From contig JBAXOX010000008.1 in NCBI GenBank assembly GCA_037133015.1, positions 26,368 through 90,367 on the forward strand: DNA of 64,000 nt, written 5' to 3'. Within the stretch, counting starts at the first letter, position 1. Each line of letters starts with the position of its first letter. This DNA comes from Acidobacteriota bacterium (GTDB lineage Bacteria > Acidobacteriota > Vicinamibacteria > Vicinamibacterales > JAKQTR01). Shown here one piece after another: positions 17,926 through 26,399 of this stretch. The notes under the pieces are model-generated. The model saw only the letters and a list, made by a program, of their open reading frames with translations, had not been told where the DNA came from and did not search any database. A program made the translations under genes and the position numbers.

Positions 17926-18275
17926 CTCGAGTTTCGCGCCGATCTACGAACCTTCCCGTGTCAACAATGAGCCGCGCACCGCGGCGACACACTCACGAGC
18001 AGCGGGCGCGTCGCCTCCATCGCGCGGTGAGACGGCCGCCGGCAGTAGAAGATCCAGACCGGGTGTCGAGACATGCGTGTCGCAACATCGGCACATTGTA
18101 GTGGCTGCGCGGTGGCGAGCGCGCAATCGAACTACAAATCCAGACGTTGTTGTGGGATGAGACGCCGGGCGCTCTCGGCCCATCGGCCGCGCCGAGGTTT
18201 GTGGCGATGCTGGCAGGCGCTCGCGTCCGTCCCGCTACGAGGCCCCGTCGGCTCGCCACGGCCTAACGCCAGCGC

Positions 18276-18656
18276 TCAGCCGCGTGACGCGTGTACGGGG
18301 CGTTTTGACTTGGTGTCGCCGCTCCGGCGGCTCGTCTGCTGCAGCGCCTTGTTAGCGGGGCGCTTGCGCGCAGTCCGCCAACGCCGCAACGAGGCCGCGC
18401 TTTCGGCCGAAGGCAACCCACAAAGCAGAGCTTCCACGGAGATGTCCTCGTCGATGTCTGGCCAGTGGATGCCAACTCCGGGCCCTATCAACACCCACGC
18501 CCGGCGCTCCCGGGGAGACGCGTCCGCCAGTCGTGGATACCAACGGAGGGGAACCGATACCACCCGCCCATCGGCAAGTGCCACCGTCAACACGTCGTCA
18601 GTGACGCGAACCTGTTTGGCCGCCGCCGTTCCCGCCGCCGATGCCAAAGTACTCAT
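18276..18656 (-). CDS. DUF2442 domain-containing protein
   Basis: VRVTDDVLTVALADGRVVSVPLRWYPRLADASPRERRAWVLIGPGVGIHWPDIDEDISVEALLCG matches the DUF2442 pattern. GAAGG lies 9 nt upstream of ATG 18656. It has a basic C-terminal tail. Confidence 0.7.
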   Translation of the reverse strand: MSTLASAAGTAAAKQVRVTDDVLTVALADGRVVSVPLRWYPRLADASPRERRAWVLIGPGVGIHWPDIDEDISVEALLCGLPSAESAASLRRWRTARKRPANKALQQTSRRSGDTKSKRPVHASRG

Positions 18657-18876
18657 GCCATGCCTTCAGGAATTCGGCCTCGTGCTGCTGGACGAGACCC
18701 ACCAGTCGCTGCGCCTCGCGCGCCCCAAATCCGAAATTGGTCGCCAGTCGGGCTGGCGTCAACCAGAACTTCGCCAGTCTTCGCTCGCGTGCGACGTGCA
18801 CGTGCGGCGGTTCGGATCGGTCGCTCGAGAAGAAGAAGAACCGATACGGACCGCTCTGAAGAATGGTCGGACTCAC
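18598..18876 (-). CDS. DUF4160 domain-containing protein
   Basis: Within ORF 18598..19053. In-frame GTG 18876 gives VSPTILQSGPYRFFFFSSDRSEPPHVHVARERRLAKFWLTPARLATNFGFGAREAQRLVGLVQQHEAEFLKAWHEYFG, the DUF4160 pattern. Its 3' end overlaps the DUF2442 gene by 59 nt. Confidence 0.7.
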   Translation of the reverse strand: MSPTILQSGPYRFFFFSSDRSEPPHVHVARERRLAKFWLTPARLATNFGFGAREAQRLVGLVQQHEAEFLKAWHEYFGIGGGNGGGQTGSRH

Positions 18877-19072
18877 GTTGCCTGAGTTTGCCAGTTTTCG
18901 CCGTGAACCGCCACTCCAGCATGCGTTGACGCGACAGAGGCGACGAGAGCTGCCACCGCGACCAGGACCGATGACTTCGGGACGGTTCCTTTGAAGATGA
19001 AGACATGCAAGCCCTGTCGGTCGTGGCGGAAAAGCCCTAAGACGTTGCCGCATGCTAGGATCGACGTCGAGT

Positions 19073-19149
<77 letters not shown>

Positions 19150-19179
19150 GAACAACCAATGAATACGGGCATCAACTGA

Positions 19180-19199
19180 GGGCCGCCGAGTGGCGGCCC
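19180..19199 (+). terminator. GC-rich hairpin GGGCCGCC-gagt-GGCGGCCC followed by tt, 31 nt after the tRNA
   Basis: Perfect 8-bp stem with a 4-nt loop. Only a 2-nt T tract follows, so it is weak as an intrinsic terminator. Confidence 0.35.
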
Positions 19200-19369
19200 T
19201 TGGCGCGTACGGCTGGTGATCCAGAGGTGGCGCATGTGGGAGGTGCGTTGCCGGCCGCGCAGCCAGTGGTGCAATCGGCCCGTACGCATCGCGAGGCGCC
19301 CGATGGCGGTCCACAACAGCGCCCAGGCGAGTCGCAGGGAGGCTCTGCGATATCAGGATGCGGTAGACG

Positions 19370-20110
19370 CTAGCGCCCGGCGGCGTTGTCCCACAAGATC
19401 TTCTCGCTGCGAAGGCGTGGGCCGGCAAAGTACCCAGCGCCTCCCAGCAGGATGAAGTAGGCCGGCGGGGCGTCCGAATGCTTGTTCTTCATGAAGCGGA
19501 TGTCGACCATCAACCCTGCGACGATGCCGACGCCCATCCCGAGCAGTCTCATTTTCATCCGCACATCCTGACTCACCTTCAGGATGTCCTGCCGCTTCAG
19601 TTGGCGCGTGCCACCCGCCTTGATAATTCTCAGCGAGTCGCCCGGCGCGACGTCGAGGATCGTGCCCTTGATCGTCGTTCCGTCCCGCAGGCGCAGGTCG
19701 ACGTCTTGCCCCTTGGAATAATCGCCGGCGGAGGGTGTGATGTCCGACAACGGCACCGAGACTTCGTTCCTGCTCGCGACAAAGTCGAGACTGGCTGGAT
19801 CAACCCGCTGAATGGTGCCGGTGATCAGGCTGCCATCGTCCAGGTGAACGGTGACGGTCGCGGTGTTCGAGACGCGCGCCAGACGGGCCCATCCGGCGTC
19901 GGTGTCCGCCGCGGGGGCTTGGTCAAGCCGCGTGGCCGGATCGACGCGGAAGATGGAGGCCGCCGATGACGGTGTCGTCCCTTCCGGAGAAATCGATCGT
20001 GCGACGGGCTGAACCGACGCGACGGGCTGAAACAACGCCAGGGGCTGCGATGCGACAGGTAGGGCCTGCCACGCCAACAGGAGCAGGCTCCACGCGACAG
20101 TAGCTCTCAT
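19370..20110 (-). CDS. Hypothetical exported/membrane-anchored protein with two similar beta-rich modules
   Basis: GAGGAG RBS lies before ATG 20110, and the signal peptide is MRATVAWSLLLLAWQALPVASQ. Two similar segments are present: VTVHLDDGSLITGTIQRVDPASLDFV and VDLRLRDGTTIKGTILDVAPGDSLRII. A C-terminal hydrophobic helix reads LLGMGVGIVAGLMV. Confidence 0.55.
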   Translation of the reverse strand: MRATVAWSLLLLAWQALPVASQPLALFQPVASVQPVARSISPEGTTPSSAASIFRVDPATRLDQAPAADTDAGWARLARVSNTATVTVHLDDGSLITGTIQRVDPASLDFVASRNEVSVPLSDITPSAGDYSKGQDVDLRLRDGTTIKGTILDVAPGDSLRIIKAGGTRQLKRQDILKVSQDVRMKMRLLGMGVGIVAGLMVDIRFMKNKHSDAPPAYFILLGGAGYFAGPRLRSEKILWDNAAGR

Positions 20111-20128
20111 GGCATTCTCCTCGTTTCC

Positions 20129-21460
20129 TTACGACGGCACGACCCGGCGCCGCCGGTTCGTCGCCGAACTCACCACATACATCCCGTACGCGCAGACGAT
20201 CAGGATGGCCACGTCCCGCACCTCCGGTCCGGTTGTGCTCGCCAGAAGCGTCCCCGTCATCACGCACGCCAGGACGTGTACGACGTAACCCCCGGGAGCG
20301 AGAAATGGACGGTGGGTGAGTCGGACGTCTCGGCGCCGCAGCGCGATCGCGGCCAACGCACAGGCCAGATAACTGAGCAGCGTGATGGACGCCGACAAAA
20401 TCGCGAGCGACTGGAAGGACCCGATCAGCGCGAACCCGCAGCACAAGGCGGAGTGCGTCCAAATCGCAACGTGGGGCGTCCTGTAGCGCGGATGCACCGC
20501 GCCGAGCCTTCGGGGAGCCAGGCCGTCGCGAGCCACCGCGTACAACAAGCGCGGCGCCGCCAGAATGTCGCCGCTGATGCAGCCGAAGGTCGACACCGAC
20601 GCGGTCACCAGCAGCAGTGTGCGCGCCCAACCCCCGAATGCGTGCCCGGCCGTGGCCGCCAGCGGAGCCGCTTTCTCAAGAGACAAGCCCGGCCCCAGGA
20701 TGCCCTGGGCGACCAGATGCGAGCCGGCATACAGCGCGGCGACGGTCCCGAGGCCCACCAAGATTCCGCGCGGGACGGTGACTTCCGGGTCGCGCAGTTC
20801 GCCGCTCAGCGTCATGGCGTTTTCGATGCCGGTGAAAGCGAAGAACAGCAGCAGGGACGCACGGCCGAGGTCGGCGAAGGTGGGGGCGTGGTCCCACAGC
20901 AAATTGGCCGGATGAACAGCCCACGCGCCGGCGACCACCAGCAGGACGATGGGCGCCAGTTTCGCGGCCGTCAGCGTTTCGACCAGCCGGTTGCCGGACG
21001 ACACGCCGCGGACGTTGACGAGGGCAAATCCCCCGAACATCGCGATCAGCATCGCGGCGCGCGCACCAGGCGAACCAAGCGCCGGCACCATCTCCGCGAT
21101 CGATGCGACGAAGATGGCGGCCACCGCGCCTCCCGAAAAGACGTGTGTCCCGAGCCACATCATCACATTGGCGACATATCCGGCGCACGGTCCGAATGCC
21201 TTCTCGATGTAGGCATAACTCCCGCCGGGCGCATCGACCCGACTGCCCAGTTCCGCGTAGCACAGGGCCACCAGCGCCGTGACGGCGAGGCAGATTGCGT
21301 AGGCGAGGATGGCCGACGAGCCGAGGATGGCGGCGACAGCGGCGGGAAGCACGAATATTCCCGAGCCGATGGTGCTGTTGACGATATTGGCGGCCACCGC
21401 GCGCACCCCGAGGGCGCGCACCAGAGTCGGTTCGGCTTCGGCCGGTCTGCCGTTGTCCAA
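20129..21460 (-). CDS. APC-superfamily amino acid permease
   Basis: 443 aa with a TTG start and GGAGG 7 nt upstream. It has about 12 hydrophobic segments and the typical N-terminal motif AANIVNSTIGSGIFVLPAAVA. Confidence 0.9.
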   Translation of the reverse strand: MDNGRPAEAEPTLVRALGVRAVAANIVNSTIGSGIFVLPAAVAAILGSSAILAYAICLAVTALVALCYAELGSRVDAPGGSYAYIEKAFGPCAGYVANVMMWLGTHVFSGGAVAAIFVASIAEMVPALGSPGARAAMLIAMFGGFALVNVRGVSSGNRLVETLTAAKLAPIVLLVVAGAWAVHPANLLWDHAPTFADLGRASLLLFFAFTGIENAMTLSGELRDPEVTVPRGILVGLGTVAALYAGSHLVAQGILGPGLSLEKAAPLAATAGHAFGGWARTLLLVTASVSTFGCISGDILAAPRLLYAVARDGLAPRRLGAVHPRYRTPHVAIWTHSALCCGFALIGSFQSLAILSASITLLSYLACALAAIALRRRDVRLTHRPFLAPGGYVVHVLACVMTGTLLASTTGPEVRDVAILIVCAYGMYVVSSATNRRRRVVPS

Positions 21461-21646
21461 GGCGGGCCTCCGCTAACGCGTGAAGCGGCTGCGTCGAGCT
21501 GTCGTCGGTCGGGAATCCGAACGACAGCCTATCACGGCGGAGGCGGTCCAGGCCGTGGCGTTCGCGTTTCTGGCTGGTGCACCCGCACCACGCCGAACCC
21601 GCACCACGCAGGTGACAGGCTTCGGCCGACGCGCTATCCTACGCCC

Positions 21647-22123
21647 GTGGATCGAAACGAGATCATACGCGTGCTGCGGGCTTTCCAGGAGTCCGGGCTC
21701 GAGTACGTACTCATAGGCGCCACGGCCATGGGGTTTCACGGGGTCGTCCGGGCGACGGAGGACGTCGACCTGTTCATCCGGGCCTCGGCGGACAACGTCG
21801 AACGTCTTCGCACGGCGCTCCGGAACGCGTACGACAACGATCCGCACATCGACGAAATCTCGGCTGCGGATCTGTTGGGCGAATATCCGGCCGTGCGCTA
21901 CTACCCGCCCACCGGCGACGTGTACTTTGACGTGATCACGAGGCTTGGCGAAGCCGCCCGCTTCGAAACGGTCGACGCAGAATTCAAGGAGATCGAGGGT
22001 GTCAGCGTCAGGGTCGCGACTCCTGCTGCGCTCTACCGTCTCAAGAGAGGCACCGTCAGGGCCATCGACCGGCAGGATGCCGCGGCGTTGAAGGAACGGT
22101 TCGGTCTGGCAGACGAGGGCTGA
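21647..22123 (+). CDS. Putative nucleotidyltransferase-fold protein (pol-beta superfamily-like)
   Basis: Only the last 158 codons of ORF 20276..22123 are credible, because the upstream part is antisense to the permease. The start is GTG 21647. The motif is EYVLIGATAMGFHGVVRATEDVDLFI (G-x-x-A...T-x-D-V-D-L). Confidence 0.6.
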   Translation: MDRNEIIRVLRAFQESGLEYVLIGATAMGFHGVVRATEDVDLFIRASADNVERLRTALRNAYDNDPHIDEISAADLLGEYPAVRYYPPTGDVYFDVITRLGEAARFETVDAEFKEIEGVSVRVATPAALYRLKRGTVRAIDRQDAAALKERFGLADEG

Positions 22124-22124
22124 G

Positions 22125-22316
22125 ATGCGCGTGCAGAAGTTTCGGTCGATCGAAGCGATGAACCGCGCGCCGGTGGAACGGCCCGCGACGTCCGACGTCG
22201 AGCGGTTCCTGCGCCACTGCGCGCGCTACCGCTCCATCGCGCCGCGCGCGTACCCACGCGGCGTTTTCAAGTTCCGCAGCATCGAAGACGCGCAGGCCGC
22301 CCGCAAGAATCACTGA
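22125..22316 (+). CDS. Small (63 aa) hypothetical protein translationally coupled to the nucleotidyltransferase
   Basis: ATG 22125 is 1 nt after the TGA of the upstream gene, with GAGGG upstream. There is an internal repeat: KFRSIEAMN near the N-terminus and FKFRSIEDAQ near the C-terminus. Confidence 0.5.
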   Translation: MRVQKFRSIEAMNRAPVERPATSDVERFLRHCARYRSIAPRAYPRGVFKFRSIEDAQAARKNH

Positions 22317-22517
22317 GGCCCAGTCCGGCGCACGTTCGCTGCGAATCGTTTGGCACGGGCACGAAGGCGTGGCACCAACCAGGATGGCCAGAGCCTCTCG
22401 GCGAAGCTCGCGGCGCTGTTCGCGTACACCCTGCGCTACTTGAGCGTGTTTCGTAGTCGACGTGCTCCTGTTGCTGGCTTCGACCGGTCTGAGGTTGTCC
22501 ACGGCGAGCCCCCGCTC

Positions 22518-25430
22518 TTACTTCTTTCCCGTCCACGCGTAGCTGCCCGCTCCGCCCTGGCTGAATGTTCCGCGCATCGTCCCGTCGGCAACCACTCCCA
22601 CGTACCGTTGATCGCCTCCCGCGCGGCGAAAACTAATGGCGTCGCCTTTCATGTGCAACTCGAGCATCGGCTCCCAGCCGCCGCCGCGCAGATTGAACCG
22701 CCCCTGGTAGACGCCGCCGCGCTCGGCGATTTCCATGACGCCAGTCCAGCCGTTGAACGAGACGTTCCACGTACCGATCACGTTCTGATCGATTGCCGCA
22801 GGCGGGGGAGGCGGTGGCGCGGCAACCGGCGCCGCAGTGGCCGCAGGCGTGGCTGACACATGCACGGGGGCAGGTGCGTTGCTGGCGTCGAGCACGAACT
22901 TGTAGGTGTAGAAGAACTGGTTTCTCCGGGTGAACACCCCGTACTCCGCGACGATGTACATCATGGTCCCGGGCGCCGCCTTCGGAGCCTGGTACGTCTT
23001 GGTCGCCGCCTTGCTCCGCTCCCCAATCTTCAAATTGAAATTCGCGGACGGCCCGTTCCAGACCGCGCCCAGCGCCGGGCAGTTCGCCATCAGGCTCCCG
23101 ACCCCTCCCACGCCCAAGCCCTTCGGGTCCTCGCTTCCACCGTCCGAGACCGCGACCGTCAACTCGATCGGCTTACCCGGAATCAGCACCCTGGGCGGAG
23201 AGGTCCACGCGATCTTCATGCGGACGACGACCGTGCTGATCTTGGGATCGGGATGGCCGAAGGTGCTCTGCGCGCTGCCGGCACCATCGCCTCCCGATTC
23301 CGACGGCTGCCACTTCTGCATGAGCCCGGGATCAATCTTCTCGACGGCGAACTCGGTCTTCTCGAGCACCCAGACCCCGGTGGCGGGCAGGCGTTCTGGT
23401 GCGGCCTCCTTCGCGGGGATTGTCGGTTTCGCGACGGCTCCCGTCGCAGCCGGCGTCTGGGCCGCGGCTCCCGCCGCCGCGGGTGGACCGGGTGCGACCG
23501 CTGCGTCCGCCGCGGATCCCACCACATCGACGTCCACGATCCCGACCTGCCGGACTTCCTGCTGCGCCAACGGATTTCCGCCCGCCGCCCCAGCCGCAGA
23601 CCAGCCGCCAAGGCGCAATATCCTCGTCGCGCTGACCGTGTAGGTGCCGGGGCGTGCGAAGGCATAACGCCTGCTCGTGCTCGGGCTGGTTCCCGGTGTG
23701 CCGCCGTCCCACTGCACCACGGGATCGGCATAGGCGCTGGCTCCGTAGAGTTTCCTGAGCAGACTCCGCAGTTGGCTCAACCGGTCGTCGCTTCCCGCTT
23801 CGAACCCGTAATTGGCCGTCGCGACCGCCTGGCCGGCAGCCGCGTCGAACGGCACGGGCGCAGGCTGGTAGGTCAATCGGAAGGGGAGCGTGCCGTAGCT
23901 GGCCTTGAGGGCGATCGCCTCTTTCCGCCACTGGTCCCGGCGGGCCTGCCAGGCCTTGAGCAGGACCGGCATGCAGCGGGCGTAACAGGCATCGCGCGCT
24001 CCGGCGTCCACCTTCCCGTTCAAGGTGGCGGCGTTTCTGCACAGGTTGAGCGTGATGTTGCGCAGCGCCTCCTCCTGTCCCTCGCGGTAGCGCTCCGCGA
24101 GCCGATCAAGGCTTGCGGTGGGAGTGCCGGTCACATCCTCGAAGCCCTTCATGGTGATCAAGCCGGCCAGCAGGTCGAAGGCATCCTGGTAACCCGCCGC
24201 CAGGTCGTAGCCCCCGGTGCGGGTCTGCGTGAGGATCTCCTGAGCCAACAGCGTCAACGTGGCGGGGCCAAGGGAGAGCAGGAAGGGTGAGGCTTCGCTC
24301 AACGCCTTGGCGAGGTCGCGATCGGCCGCGGCCTTCGAAATCTCCGCGGTGGCGACGTAGAGCATGGCGCCCTCGACCAACCGGCTCCACGGCACTGTCA
24401 GCAACGCGTCGGTAATGACTTTGGGAGCGTGACGGGAATCTTCGGCGAAACGGAGAAAGCTCTTGAGGATGGCCTTCTGCGCACCAGAGGCGTTGTCGAG
24501 GCGTGCCAGCACCTGGCCGGCCTGCGTGGCCTGGCGCAGCGCTTCGGTGATGCGGGGCTTGAGACGACTGAGTGCCCTCGGATTGGCCGCCAACTCCTCC
24601 CGGAGCGTCCGCAACTCGACTCGCCACGGGCCCGTGTCGTCGAGCTGCGCAAGCCGTCGGCTCGCGGCCAGATCGTTTTCGGTCCGCCCGAGGTATTTTT
24701 CCACCGCCCGGCCGTCGTCCAGGTCCAGCGCCGAGGAACCGTGCTCGGCCCACTGTTCCGCGGTATGCCCGAGTCCGCCGGCCGTATAGGATTGGGGACC
24801 GTCGATCAGGTTGACCAGCTCCGCGGTGCCCGTGAAGACGCGATCGCCTTTCGCGCCTCGTTCCACGAAGAAGAGTTTGCCCTTGGTGCGTTCGTATTCC
24901 TGAGTCCAGGCGAGCGAACCGTGCCCGTAGAGCCCCTCCACCAGAGCCGGGTTCAGCGGGCGGCTGGTGTTCCCGGCAAAGCTGAGGTTCGGGACGGTTC
25001 CCAGCTTGCGAAATCGATTCGCCGCATCGGCGGTGTCCTCGACCGCGCCCATCAGCTGGCTTGGGGGATAGACGTTCATCGTGGCGAGCACGCGTTCGGC
25101 ATCCCGGCCGAACTCCGCCTTGACGGCTGTTTTCACCTCGTCGCGAAACGTCTTCCAGCGCCGCAGGGCCTCCTCGGGCGGCACGTTCTTGGTGAGACGC
25201 ATCCGCAGGTCGGCATCAGAACCGCCCGTGGAACGCGTGAGCGGGTCGGCGTACTTCGCGTTGTTCGCGTCGACCCACGAACCCAAGATGACCGCTTCTT
25301 CGCGCGTCTTGAGCACCGCTTCGCGCACGGCCTTCTGCACGCGCAGATTGGTGGCCGGGGCCTGCGCGCCCACGGGCAGACTGCCGAACAAGGCGAGGAA
25401 CGCGGCCGGATAGAAGATCGTCTTCAACAT
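22518..25430 (-). CDS. Large (970 aa) secreted hypothetical multidomain protein
   Basis: Signal peptide MLKTIFYPAAFLALFGSLPVGAQA. A PKD-like segment reads VVQWDGGTPGTSPSTSRRYAFARPGTYTVSAT. Ala/Pro-rich linkers are present (AVAPGPPAAAGAAAQTPAATGAVAKP; ATPAATAAPVAAPPPPPPAA). A small C-terminal beta-domain reads VIGTWNVSFNGWTGVMEI...GTMRGTFSQGGAGSYAWTGKK. No catalytic motif recognised. Confidence 0.7.
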   Translation of the reverse strand: MLKTIFYPAAFLALFGSLPVGAQAPATNLRVQKAVREAVLKTREEAVILGSWVDANNAKYADPLTRSTGGSDADLRMRLTKNVPPEEALRRWKTFRDEVKTAVKAEFGRDAERVLATMNVYPPSQLMGAVEDTADAANRFRKLGTVPNLSFAGNTSRPLNPALVEGLYGHGSLAWTQEYERTKGKLFFVERGAKGDRVFTGTAELVNLIDGPQSYTAGGLGHTAEQWAEHGSSALDLDDGRAVEKYLGRTENDLAASRRLAQLDDTGPWRVELRTLREELAANPRALSRLKPRITEALRQATQAGQVLARLDNASGAQKAILKSFLRFAEDSRHAPKVITDALLTVPWSRLVEGAMLYVATAEISKAAADRDLAKALSEASPFLLSLGPATLTLLAQEILTQTRTGGYDLAAGYQDAFDLLAGLITMKGFEDVTGTPTASLDRLAERYREGQEEALRNITLNLCRNAATLNGKVDAGARDACYARCMPVLLKAWQARRDQWRKEAIALKASYGTLPFRLTYQPAPVPFDAAAGQAVATANYGFEAGSDDRLSQLRSLLRKLYGASAYADPVVQWDGGTPGTSPSTSRRYAFARPGTYTVSATRILRLGGWSAAGAAGGNPLAQQEVRQVGIVDVDVVGSAADAAVAPGPPAAAGAAAQTPAATGAVAKPTIPAKEAAPERLPATGVWVLEKTEFAVEKIDPGLMQKWQPSESGGDGAGSAQSTFGHPDPKISTVVVRMKIAWTSPPRVLIPGKPIELTVAVSDGGSEDPKGLGVGGVGSLMANCPALGAVWNGPSANFNLKIGERSKAATKTYQAPKAAPGTMMYIVAEYGVFTRRNQFFYTYKFVLDASNAPAPVHVSATPAATAAPVAAPPPPPPAAIDQNVIGTWNVSFNGWTGVMEIAERGGVYQGRFNLRGGGWEPMLELHMKGDAISFRRAGGDQRYVGVVADGTMRGTFSQGGAGSYAWTGKK

Positions 25431-25774
25431 GGGGTCTTTCTCGGACGGGACGGCACGGTCGTGCGGGTGACGGGAGGTCGGTCAGCGGCCGTCGTCGAAA
25501 ACCAGAGCACCAGTTGGTTTCCGGTCAGCCGGAAGTTGCGCGTCACGCTCTTGCCCACATCGGCCACGAGCAGAGCCCCCACCAGGGTGCGCGTGACAGT
25601 TCCCCTGCCGCGATCCAAGACGTCGGTTCCACGGTCGCGACTGTCAGGATGTGGTTCATACCCCTGCCTCCTGAACCGGATACTACCATCGCCCGTAGCA
25701 GGTCCGACAGACGGGGGACCGTGCGGAACGCCGGTTCGGGCTAGAATCGTACGATCACACCAACGAGGTGCCCC

Positions 25775-26215
25775 ATGAGATTGAAAAAAGTCGCGCTCGT
25801 GCTCCTGTTGCTTGCGTCGACCGGCTTCGCCCAGGCTCCTGCTCCCCAGGCCGGTTCCAATCCCCAGAAGACCGTGTGGTACTTCTACCGCGTCAAGTGG
25901 GGCTTCCAGGACGAGTTCCAGACGCTGTTCGCCCGGAATCACCTGCCGGTCCTGCGCGAACAGATCAAGACCGGGCGCATCGTCAGCGTCAAGACGTACG
26001 CGCCGACGTACCACGGCGACGGGCGGGCAGACTGGACCTTCGCCGTCGTCATCACCTTCAAGGACACGGCCGCATTCGTCGGACCATCAGGCGAAGAGGA
26101 CATCCAGAAACGGCTCTACCCGGACCGCGAGCGATTCTTGAAAGAAGAGCAGCGCCGCTTCGAGATTCTGGATGCGCACTGGGACGTGCCGCTCAACGAG
26201 CTGGATCTGAAATAG
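25775..26215 (+). CDS. Hypothetical small secreted protein
   Basis: GAGGTG RBS and signal peptide MRLKKVALVLLLLASTGFAQA. 146 aa, no motif recognised. Confidence 0.6.
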   Translation: MRLKKVALVLLLLASTGFAQAPAPQAGSNPQKTVWYFYRVKWGFQDEFQTLFARNHLPVLREQIKTGRIVSVKTYAPTYHGDGRADWTFAVVITFKDTAAFVGPSGEEDIQKRLYPDRERFLKEEQRRFEILDAHWDVPLNELDLK

Positions 26216-26399
26216 CGCCGACGCGACGATCCAAGGCCCGCATCCGCGTGCGAGAGGGAATCGGCGCCGGGGCCATCGCGTGGGCGGGTCTTCGGGAGGG
26301 CGCCGTCCGATGGTGTACCATCGTTATAGCCCACGCACGCGTGTGGAGTTCTGCGAATCTGGAACGACGACGGCGACGTCGAGACGCGAGGAGTGAGTC

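Noticed and set aside
20276-21646. N-terminal 457 codons of the 615-aa ORF 20276..22123
   Set aside because: This part is antisense to the APC permease and compositionally junk. Only the last 158 codons, from GTG 21647, look like a real protein.
25209-25283. Possible pol-beta nucleotidyltransferase motif (GS ... DAD) at aa 50-74 of the 970-aa protein
   Set aside because: The spacing between GS and the acidic pair is about 20 residues, longer than the canonical 9-13. The protein is secreted, so a chance resemblance is more likely.
25424-25640. Minus-strand frame reading ...TLVGALLVADVGKSVTRNFRLTGNQLVLWFSTTAADRP in the 344-nt gap upstream of the 970-aa gene (possible lipocalin-like gene remnant), plus a 36-codon ORF with a GGAGG RBS
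   Set aside because: No usable start codon precedes the first frame and it shows no real motif match. The short ORF is Trp/Ala-rich and unconvincing. Neither can be supported without a homology search.
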